A stretch of DNA of 39,703 nucleotides from Nitrospiraceae bacterium (GTDB lineage: Bacteria; Nitrospirota; Nitrospiria; Nitrospirales; Nitrospiraceae). Below the pieces are notes generated by a model. That model had not been told where the DNA came from, searched no databases, and saw only the letters and a list, made by a program, of their open reading frames with translations. The DNA is taken from assembly GCA_037442105.1 (NCBI GenBank), contig JBBIQV010000031.1, forward strand, positions 1-39,703. The letters are read 5' to 3'. Position numbers and translations under genes: made by a program. Positions within the stretch are counted from its first letter, which is position 1; each line of letters starts with the position of its first letter. This document shows positions 9,981 to 17,256 of the stretch, piece by piece.

Positions 9981-11075
9981 ATGAAACGGACTCCGCTCTT
10001 CGACTGCCACAGAACTGCCGGGGCGAAACTCGTGGATTTCGCCGGGTGGGAAATGCCCATCCAATATTCAGGCGTACTCGACGAGTACCACGCGGTCCGA
10101 GCGAAAGCCGGCCTGTTTGATGTCAGCCATATGGGCCGGATCGCAGTGACCGGCGAGGGCGCGCTCAAATTCCTCCAACAAGTTACGACCAACGACGTGG
10201 TCAAGCTCTCGCTGATGCAGGCGCACTATTCCATGGTGTGTAACTACCAGGGCGGGATCAAAGACGACATTTTCGTCTATCACCTCAAGCCCAACGGATA
10301 TCTCTTGTGCGTCAACGCCTCCAATCAGGAGAAGCTGCTGACTTGGCTTTGCGAGCACGTTCAAGGTGTTTCCGGATGCGCTGTGATGGACCAGTCGGCC
10401 ATCCTTGCGCAAGTGGCGCTGCAGGGGCCGGCCTCGCGCGACGTATTGAGCCGGATGGGAGTGCCCGGAATCGCCTCGCTCAAGCTTCGCCATTGCATCG
10501 AGACAAACCTTGTGGGCAATCTCTGCCTGATTGCCAGAACCGGTTACACTGGTGAACTAGGCTATGAATTGTATGTGCCGGCTGACCGTGCGGCCGATCT
10601 CTGGGAAAGCCTGCTGGATCATGGCCGCCCGGTCGGCCTCAAACCGGCCGGCCTCGGAGCACGCGATCTCTTGAGGCTGGAGATGGCCTATTTGCTTTAT
10701 GGAAACGACATCGGGGAAGACACCACCCCGCTCGAAGCCGGAGTCGAATGGGCGGTGAGCTTCCAGAAGGGAGACTTCATCGGCCGCAAGGCGTTACTGG
10801 AGCAAAAGGAGGCCGGACTCATTCGTCGGTTCGTGGCCTTCGAACTTCTGGAGAAGGGCGTGCCCCGTCACGGATTCAAGATCACCAAGCCCGGGACGTC
10901 TAGAGAACTGATTGGGGAAGTGACCAGTGGGAACCTATCGCCTCTGCTGCAGAAGGGGATCGGACTTGGGTATGTTCCCCCGGCATTCGCTCAACCTGGC
11001 TCATCGATCGTCGTGGATATTCGCGGGAAAGCCATGCAGGCCGTCGTCGTAAAACCACCGTTTTACAAGCGCTAG
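9981..11075 (+). CDS. gcvT: glycine cleavage system aminomethyltransferase T
   Basis: FAGWEMPIQY, FDVSHMG, RTGYTGELGYE, GLGARDLLRLE. Confidence 0.97.
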   Translation: MKRTPLFDCHRTAGAKLVDFAGWEMPIQYSGVLDEYHAVRAKAGLFDVSHMGRIAVTGEGALKFLQQVTTNDVVKLSLMQAHYSMVCNYQGGIKDDIFVYHLKPNGYLLCVNASNQEKLLTWLCEHVQGVSGCAVMDQSAILAQVALQGPASRDVLSRMGVPGIASLKLRHCIETNLVGNLCLIARTGYTGELGYELYVPADRAADLWESLLDHGRPVGLKPAGLGARDLLRLEMAYLLYGNDIGEDTTPLEAGVEWAVSFQKGDFIGRKALLEQKEAGLIRRFVAFELLEKGVPRHGFKITKPGTSRELIGEVTSGNLSPLLQKGIGLGYVPPAFAQPGSSIVVDIRGKAMQAVVVKPPFYKR

Positions 11076-11114
11076 CCTTGCGGGGGCACGAGGCAATGGG
11101 CGAGAGGGAACGAG

Positions 11115-11633
11115 ATGTCAACTCGACACATCTACAAGGGGAAGGTCGTCACCCTGAACGTCGATACGGTGATCCTCCCAAACGGCGTGACGATCGATTT
11201 GGAAATTATCCGACACCCGGGCGCTGCCGCCGTGGTGCCGATGAAGGACGCCCACACGGTCATTCTCATCCGCCAGTTCCGCCACGCCGCCAACGGGTTT
11301 ATTTACGAGATTCCAGCCGGGAAATTACACCCCGGCGAGGACCCGCTCGACTGCGCCTCGCGCGAGCTTGAGGAAGAGATCGGCTACCGAGCCGCGTCGT
11401 TTGAACTTTTGACCAGCATCTTCACGGCGCCCGGCTTCGCGGACGAGGTCATTCACATTTATAAGGCGACCGGCCTCACGAAAGGCCGACAACACCTCGA
11501 TCGGGATGAGGTCCTCGAAGTGCTGGAGATGCCCCTCACAGAAGCGATCAAGCAGATTCAGGAAGGAACTATCCGGGATGGAAAAACGATCGTGGGACTG
11601 CAGGCGGTGTATATTCGAAACATCATTCGGTAG
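11115..11633 (+). CDS. NUDIX hydrolase (ADP-ribose pyrophosphatase-like)
   Basis: Nudix box GKLHPGEDPLDCASRELEEEIG; PG..DE motif. Confidence 0.92.
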   Translation: MSTRHIYKGKVVTLNVDTVILPNGVTIDLEIIRHPGAAAVVPMKDAHTVILIRQFRHAANGFIYEIPAGKLHPGEDPLDCASRELEEEIGYRAASFELLTSIFTAPGFADEVIHIYKATGLTKGRQHLDRDEVLEVLEMPLTEAIKQIQEGTIRDGKTIVGLQAVYIRNIIR

Positions 11634-11707
11634 GGAAACCGCCCAAGAGGTCTCCCACGAAAAGCGAGAGACCCCTCAAGCCGGCTAGCCTCGCCAAGAA
11701 AACGCGA

Positions 11708-11893
11708 TTACTTGCCTTTCTTCTCGTCCTTCTTCTTCTCGTCCTTTTTCTTTTCCTCGGCGTTGAGCATCTGGACCAGCTTGCCGCCCTTCTTCTCGTC
11801 CTTCTTGTCCTTCTTCTCCTCAGCGGCGAAAGCAGGAGCGCTGAACGCGACCGCCACTGCAACCGCCATGATAGCCATCAGCATGCGCTTCAT
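11708..11893 (-). CDS. small secreted Lys/Glu/Asp-rich protein
   Basis: signal peptide ending AFA; strong RBS GAGGAGGTGAGG; duplicated AEEKK.D..K.DEKKG unit. Confidence 0.85.
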   Translation of the reverse strand: MKRMLMAIMAVAVAVAFSAPAFAAEEKKDKKDEKKGGKLVQMLNAEEKKKDEKKKDEKKGK

Positions 11894-11955
11894 AAGACCT
11901 CACCTCCTCTCGATCTTAGGCGTTCGCCTTCTATAAGACGATGGACGACTCTCTC

Positions 11956-11971
11956 AGCAAGCTTGGTGCCG
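11956..11971 (-). promoter_or_regulatory. sigma54 (-24/-12) promoter
   Basis: minus strand CGGCACCAAGCTTGCT = GG-N10-GC, close to TGGCAC-N5-TTGCW. Confidence 0.8.
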
Positions 11972-12155
11972 ACCGGGTAGAGAGTGACAATATCCTGTGA
12001 TTGCCGGTGGTTACGAAATCGTCATTGTCTATGAGCAAAGGGATTCCCCTTCTGAATTCTGTGGCGGATTGGCTGAATTCTCGCCAAACCGCCTCAGCCG
12101 TGGCAGAGCGCGAAATTCTCCTGGCGAAAGCCTATGTTTTCTTCTGGGGGGTAAA

Positions 12156-12256
12156 GAGGGAATTCTGATCGAGGTGAGGGAGCCCCACCCCAGGAGGAGG
12201 ATGGGGCGCAGCACGGCGTGGCACAACCGCCGCACCTCCCTCACTCGATAGCCCTC
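12156..12256 (-). ncRNA. candidate structured RNA (three-way junction)
   Basis: 14-bp closing stem plus two internal hairpins that pair fully only on the minus strand via G-U. Confidence 0.5.
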
Positions 12257-12470
12257 ATGTTCAAGAAGAACCCACCAGCGCCTACATTCACGGTCTGACC
12301 TCCGTCTAGCCAAGCGACCGACCCCAGCACCACATTGTGCATAAGCGCGAGGGTGTTTTATATCAGAATACTCCGCGCGCGTCACAAGTTCCACCAGGGT
12401 ACAGGACGGCTCCCAGAAGCCACAGCTCCGGCGGAAGAGCATAAGTCGAATCGACAGGAAAAGCGTGAGG

Positions 12471-13004
12471 ATGCGTCTGCGCAACGCCCTCCGGGATCAC
12501 ATCAAACCAGGAGTTCGTGTCCTGTTCGTCGGGATCAATCCTGGTCTACGTTCGGCGGCCACTGGTCACCACTTTGCCGGCTACTCCAACCGATTTTGGA
12601 AGCTCCTGTTCGAGTCGAAGTTCGTGTCGGAGCCGCTCACGTATCGAGACGATTGGCGCCTCCCTGAGTGGCAACTGGGCTTGACAAACATCATCCAACG
12701 ACCCAGCAAAGGAATTGATGTGTTCAAGCCAAGCGACTATGCAGCGGGCCAAAAACGACTGCTCGCAAGAGTTCGTCGGTATCGTCCGGCGATAGTGGCC
12801 CTGCTGGGGGTAACGATCTTTCGAACCCTGTTTCCCCGGACAGGGGCAAAAACGATCAGCTTGGGATTGCAGGATGAGACCTTGGGCAACGCCCGCATCT
12901 TCCTGTTGCCGAACCCCAGCGGGCGCAATGCTCATTATTCATACCGGACTATGCTCACCGCATTCCGGGCACTCCGAAATGCAGCCGGTTCACACCAACC
13001 ATGA
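12471..13004 (+). CDS. mug: mismatch-specific uracil/thymine DNA glycosylase (UDG family 2)
   Basis: VLFVGINPG, NRFWKLL, LPNPSGRN motifs. Confidence 0.9.
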   Translation: MRLRNALRDHIKPGVRVLFVGINPGLRSAATGHHFAGYSNRFWKLLFESKFVSEPLTYRDDWRLPEWQLGLTNIIQRPSKGIDVFKPSDYAAGQKRLLARVRRYRPAIVALLGVTIFRTLFPRTGAKTISLGLQDETLGNARIFLLPNPSGRNAHYSYRTMLTAFRALRNAAGSHQP

Positions 13005-13038
13005 ATCGTGCTATCTTGAGCGCCCGTCGGACGACGTG

Positions 13039-13130
13039 CGTCAATGGTCAACCGTCAATCGTCACGACGAGTCTTCATCGATATTTTTTCTCGCACTCCC
13101 CGATTGACGACTGATGTTTGACGGGTGACG
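13039..13130. repeat. inverted heptamer tandem array (CGTCAAN / NTTGACG)
   Basis: 4 units at 13039-13066 and 4 inverse units at 13103-13130. Confidence 0.75.
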
Positions 13131-13154
13131 ATAATTGAAGGAGAAGCAGGGATT

Positions 13155-13934
13155 ATGCTGCTAGAAGGCAAAAAAGGACTCATCATCGGCGTCGCGAACA
13201 AGCACAGCATCGCCTGGGCCATCGCCCAATCGGCGGCCGGCCAAGGCGCGCAACTGCTGTTCAATTATCAGAACGAGCGGCTGCGGGAGAACGTCGAGGA
13301 ACTGGCCGCCACGATGCCGGGCGCCAAGGCCTTCCCCTGCGACGTGGGCAACGATGCCGAGATCACCATGTTGATGCAGCACGTGCAGAAAGAATTTGGC
13401 CGGCTGGATTTTCTCGTCCACTCCGTCGCCTTTGCGCCACGGGAAGAACTTACGGGCCAGTTTGTGAACACCACACGCCAGGGATTTGCGACTGCGCTGG
13501 ATGTCAGTGCCTACTCCCTCGTGGCTGTCACGAGGGCCGCGATGCCGCTGATGACCGACGGCGGCTCGGTCATCACCCTGACCTATCTCGGAGCTGAACG
13601 AGTCGTCCCTCATTACAACGTCATGGGCGTCGCCAAGGCGGCGCTTGAAGCCACGGTGCGGTACCTCGCCCATGATCTCGGGCCGAAGAACATCCGTGTG
13701 AACGCCATCTCGGCCGGCCCGATCAAGACCCTCGCAGCCCGCGGCGTCTCCGGCATCAGCAAAATGGTCGATCACCACAAAGAGTTCGCCCCGCTGCGCC
13801 ACGCCACCGAACAAGGCGAGGTCGGCGACACTGCGCTCTTTCTGATTAGTCCTCTGGGACGCGGAATAACCGGAGAAGTGATCTACGTGGATGGGGGGTA
13901 TCACATTCTAGGATCGCTCGCCTCTGTGGAGTGA
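13155..13934 (+). CDS. fabI: enoyl-ACP reductase
   Basis: GVANKHSIAWAIA, YNVMGVAKAALE (YxxMxxxK), SAGPIKTLAA. Confidence 0.96.
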   Translation: MLLEGKKGLIIGVANKHSIAWAIAQSAAGQGAQLLFNYQNERLRENVEELAATMPGAKAFPCDVGNDAEITMLMQHVQKEFGRLDFLVHSVAFAPREELTGQFVNTTRQGFATALDVSAYSLVAVTRAAMPLMTDGGSVITLTYLGAERVVPHYNVMGVAKAALEATVRYLAHDLGPKNIRVNAISAGPIKTLAARGVSGISKMVDHHKEFAPLRHATEQGEVGDTALFLISPLGRGITGEVIYVDGGYHILGSLASVE

Positions 13935-13935
13935 G

Positions 13936-14025
13936 TCGTCAATCGACAAGCGTCATTCGTCAACCGTAGGAACAAGATGGAGCGGCCCTCATCACGGTTG
14001 ACGGATGACGAATGACGTTTGACGA
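13936..14025. repeat. inverted heptamer tandem array (CGTCANN), possible bidirectional terminator between convergent fabI and arfB
   Basis: arms 13936-13967 and 13994-14025 are reverse-complementary at 27/32. Confidence 0.85.
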
Positions 14026-14031
14026 GGCCTG

Positions 14032-14442
14032 CTATTCGATTGATCCCCTGAGCGTCTTCAGCCGTGCTCGTTTTCTCTTGCTTTCCAACCGCCTGTTCTG
14101 AGAACTCTTCGTGGGCTTCGTGGCTTTTCGCTTCTTGCGTGGAATGGCGACGCTCTGAATGAGCGCATGCAACCGATTCAGCGCATCCTCACGGTTCCGT
14201 TCCTGTGTCCGATATTGCTGCGCCTTGATCGTAATCACACCGTCCGCTGAAATCCGGTGATCTCTGAGTTTCAGCAACTCTTCCTTATAGAACGACGGCA
14301 AGGACGAAGCACCGACATCGAACCGCAAATGCACGGCGGTCGAGACCTTGTTGACGTTCTGCCCGCCTGCCCCCTGCGCCCGCACCGCATGGAGGTCGAT
14401 CTCAGAATCGGGGATGGTGACGTGAGGTGAGATGTATAGCAT
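14032..14442 (-). CDS. arfB: alternative ribosome rescue peptidyl-tRNA hydrolase
   Basis: GAGGQNVNKV motif; basic C-terminal tail RKATKPTKSS..RRLESK. Confidence 0.95.
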   Translation of the reverse strand: MLYISPHVTIPDSEIDLHAVRAQGAGGQNVNKVSTAVHLRFDVGASSLPSFYKEELLKLRDHRISADGVITIKAQQYRTQERNREDALNRLHALIQSVAIPRKKRKATKPTKSSQNRRLESKRKRARLKTLRGSIE

Positions 14443-14490
14443 CGAGGCTACTTAGGGAGTCCGACCCCTTGTTCTCTATAACTCCACAGT

Positions 14491-14565
14491 GGCTAACGTT
14501 CTGCATAACTGGCTGCCAACGAAGCGCAGCGTAGTCGGTAGCCTGAGTTGATGCATTGGTTAGCC
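14491..14565 (-). mobile_element. integron attC site (75 bp)
   Basis: minus strand GGCTAAC-caatg-CATCAACT...GGCTACCGAC-loop-GTTGGCAGCC-AGTTATG-cagaac-GTTAGCC; extra C in L''; 19 nt after the cassette gene stop. Confidence 0.85.
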
Positions 14566-14584
14566 GTGCGTCGTACCAGTCTTC

Positions 14585-15481
14585 TCACTTTGGCAACTTG
14601 TCGTAGGCATACAGCAGACGCGCCGTATCCTGACCATCCATTACGAGATAGTTGGCGTTGGCGCCCTCAGCGCGCCGCCCGGTCGTCTTGCTTTCGAGAT
14701 CATGAACTATTGCCTCGGCAATCAGCCCAACATACTGGACGACAAACAGCTCCGCTGGACTCTGAAATAGCCGGACGATCTGGTCTCCGTTCTTGCCACA
14801 ATCAGCGATGGTCATTACAGCCTTCTTCAGGCCACCGCCCTTCAATAAAAAGGCCGTGGGTCGCCTCGCTCCATTGAGTACAACATTTGCAGTGTAAAGA
14901 TCGTTGATCTCTCCGCCCCAGTCCTTCTTGTGAAACGGGACGTCCAAGATAGACTCCAACGCCATCTGCACATCGTCTTCGGTCAGTTCAATGCGGCCAT
15001 CCTGCAAGTAATGCGAGACCATTGCAGGGTTAACATCGCGGACCTTCATGAAGCTGTCGATATCCTCGACGAACAGGCGTTGTTGAAGCGGCAGATCAGA
15101 GTACCGCCGTATGTGCGAATCGAGAATCCGGTGTAACCGCTCGATGTATGTCGGAATCCGTTGGTACACCAAATTCCCGACAGCATTGTCTACATTCGAG
15201 TAGTCAAAGTCCGAGGCAGAAAACATCTGGGAGAAAAGATTTGCTTCGAGGTCTGTGGGAAAGAGGTCAGCTAACGCTCGCTGCGTCTCATTGACCCAAT
15301 CGCTCAATTTCCGCTGGTAGTCAGGCAGGTCCTTTCCCTTGTCAAAGGCCCCCGCGTTCCGCTTCTGGACATGGTCGCGGTAGATCGCTGGCGCCAATTG
15401 GTAGCCACGGTTCAATAGGCGAAAGATGATTTCTTCGGTTGAAGCCCTCGACTTTTTCAGTCTCACAGCGTTTCTCGCCAA
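14585..15481 (-). CDS. cassette-borne protein with putative restriction-endonuclease-like (PD-(D/E)XK) C-terminal domain
   Basis: 298-aa ORF between GTTAGCC core site and attC; TEDDV...KDWGGEINDLY...AFLLKG...GKNGDQIVRLF; start codon uncertain. Confidence 0.65.
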   Translation of the reverse strand: MARNAVRLKKSRASTEEIIFRLLNRGYQLAPAIYRDHVQKRNAGAFDKGKDLPDYQRKLSDWVNETQRALADLFPTDLEANLFSQMFSASDFDYSNVDNAVGNLVYQRIPTYIERLHRILDSHIRRYSDLPLQQRLFVEDIDSFMKVRDVNPAMVSHYLQDGRIELTEDDVQMALESILDVPFHKKDWGGEINDLYTANVVLNGARRPTAFLLKGGGLKKAVMTIADCGKNGDQIVRLFQSPAELFVVQYVGLIAEAIVHDLESKTTGRRAEGANANYLVMDGQDTARLLYAYDKLPK

Positions 15482-15482
15482 C

Positions 15483-15700
15483 GGCTAACTACAAGCCCGC
15501 GGCAGCCTATCCGTGCAGCATAGCAAGGCAGCCCAAACAATCCGCTCAAGCCCAAGTCTACTTTGAAATCCAACACGTACCCAGTGCGCTATCCGCTTCT
15601 GCCATCCGGGATCGACTGCGAATCCGGCAGCCTATCCGGCTATCGCCCACAGCCTATCTGACCTCTATTTGATAGGAATGACGATGACAGAGAGTTAGAC
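15483..15700. other. attI-like / recombination spacer with direct repeats
   Basis: GGCTAAC at 15483 and GTTAGAC at 15694; CGGCAGCCTATCCG at 15500-15513 and 15625-15638. Confidence 0.45.
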
Positions 15701-15702
15701 AA

Positions 15703-16002
15703 TCAGCCCTCTCCCTTCAATCGCTTTCTGATCCACGAGGGATTCTTGCGGCAATCGAGCACAGCATGCACACGGACTAGGTCTCTCTCCAGGCTGTAGT
15801 AGATAGCGAATGGAAACCGCTTGGAGAGGCATCGGTGATAGGCGTACACGACTTAATGAACCCCGGCGTAAACGAGGAGGGAATCAATGTCTGAAAACAA
15901 GCAGTCTATGAAATACGATCCGAGTCCAGGTTCCCGGCTTTCGTAGAAGCGGAAGCCCTGAAGCAGATCATCCTGGGCTTCGTCCAGGCTCTCGATTCTC
16001 AC
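15703..16002 (-). pseudogene. ParE/RelE-family toxin with internal stop
   Basis: VRIESLDEAQDDLLQGFRFYESREPGLGSYF...GVH*VVY..HRCLSKRFPFAIYY...VRVHAVLDCRKNP; TAA at codon 50 (15853-15855). Confidence 0.85.
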
Positions 16003-16218
16003 GACAGCTTCTTACGGATGTCGGCTTTGGCTGTCTCCCAATCGGTGAATCGAGCGTTGCCTTCGGCAAGTCGCTGACGGCGCTCATCGAGGACGTCCTT
16101 GTGCCAGGCAGGAGACTCAATGGCTTCGGGTGTGCGACCCAGGTCTTCCCAGAGCGACTCCATGACCGCAAGCTTCTCTTGGAGGGTCATGTCTTTGAGG
16201 GGTAGGTTGATCGACATG
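15999..16218 (-). CDS. addiction-module antitoxin (TIGR02574-like)
   Basis: MT..EKL..ME.LWEDL...SPAWH..VL.ER pattern; GTGA overlap with the toxin; TATACT just upstream; start approximate. Confidence 0.85.
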
Positions 16219-16305
16219 GGCAAAGTATACCTCGGTGGTTAACAGATTGAAACTCTCCCGGCTACCCATCGCGTTTCCTGAGCTGTACACCCAGGAAAGG
16301 GTAGC

Positions 16306-17256
16306 CTAAAAACAACTGGTGCTAAGTTCCACTGAAGCAAGCTGCCCGTCGAGCAGAATCTTGCCGGTCTCCTCACGAACCACATAGCTGCGATCTCCGC
16401 CGGTGGCCTTTGTGAGAATCAGGGAAGCCGCCGCATCCTGGACTTCAATCCTCCACGTGCCGGTTTCGTGGTATTCTTCTTCCGTTTCGGGCTTTGACTC
16501 CCGTCCCGGCACCGGCGTCAGTTTCATAATTGTTATGAACCGGCCGTCGCTGCAGAGATGAATGGTTGGTGAAGCCGACCGCTGATTGCTGTCCGCCAAA
16601 CGCTTCGGCATGAGCATCATTCCTGACAGGCGTTCATACCAGGCACGCAGCGCTCGTAACTGACCCAGACTCATGAACTCGGTCGAGGCAGCCAGTTCCT
16701 CCGCCAACCGCCGATACAGGTCTTGCTCCGTCTTGCGGCCGACAAACTGATAGACCACGGCGTTGCGATCGGGCCCCAATACCACGACCGTGACACCGAT
16801 GTCCTCGCCCGCCGCATAGGCCGCGGAGAGCCGGTTGCCATCCTCTTTGATCATACCGGTCGGATGCAGGACGAACCCGGCTTCGAGGGCTTGCGGCTCG
16901 CTAAGTCCGGCAACCACATCCTTGCGGCTTACCTCGCTCAGAAAATGGACCGTCCCCAGCCCCGGCCTCACCGCGCTGTCGAGAAACACGACGGACCCTG
17001 CCGGGAGCGACGCGCGCCACTCGGGCGGCACGACGAACGAGAGTCCGAAGAACGGCGACCGCACGCGAGTACCGCCGGGGTACCGTTCTCCCACGCGGAG
17101 GTCTTTGATTTCCCGCTGTTGGAGTACATGGAGCTTAAACGAAGCTGCGGGCTCTTCAGCCGGCGCCACGGAAGTGAGCATGACGAGTCCGCACAAGGCC
17201 AGGAGACAGGCTCCTAGGGTGGATGTCCTCATTGAACGGATCGAGACCCCCTTCAT
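16306..17256 (-). CDS. exported hypothetical protein
   Basis: N-terminal signal peptide; ATGA overlap with the upstream aminotransferase. Confidence 0.75.
   Translation of the reverse strand: MKGVSIRSMRTSTLGACLLALCGLVMLTSVAPAEEPAASFKLHVLQQREIKDLRVGERYPGGTRVRSPFFGLSFVVPPEWRASLPAGSVVFLDSAVRPGLGTVHFLSEVSRKDVVAGLSEPQALEAGFVLHPTGMIKEDGNRLSAAYAAGEDIGVTVVVLGPDRNAVVYQFVGRKTEQDLYRRLAEELAASTEFMSLGQLRALRAWYERLSGMMLMPKRLADSNQRSASPTIHLCSDGRFITIMKLTPVPGRESKPETEEEYHETGTWRIEVQDAAASLILTKATGGDRSYVVREETGKILLDGQLASVELSTSCF

Noticed and set aside
13039..14025. Periodic repeats as a CRISPR array
   Set aside because: Units are 6-7 nt with no unique 25-45-nt spacers and no cas genes
14454..14469. AGGGAGTCCGACCCCT REP-like mini-palindrome next to attC
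   Set aside because: Single short imperfect copy; too little evidence
16237..16306. Possible second attC beyond the TA module (GGTTAAC followed by a GGCTACCC/GGGTAGCC hairpin)
   Set aside because: No matching R' GTTRRRY or L-box pairing; the hairpin may simply be a terminator
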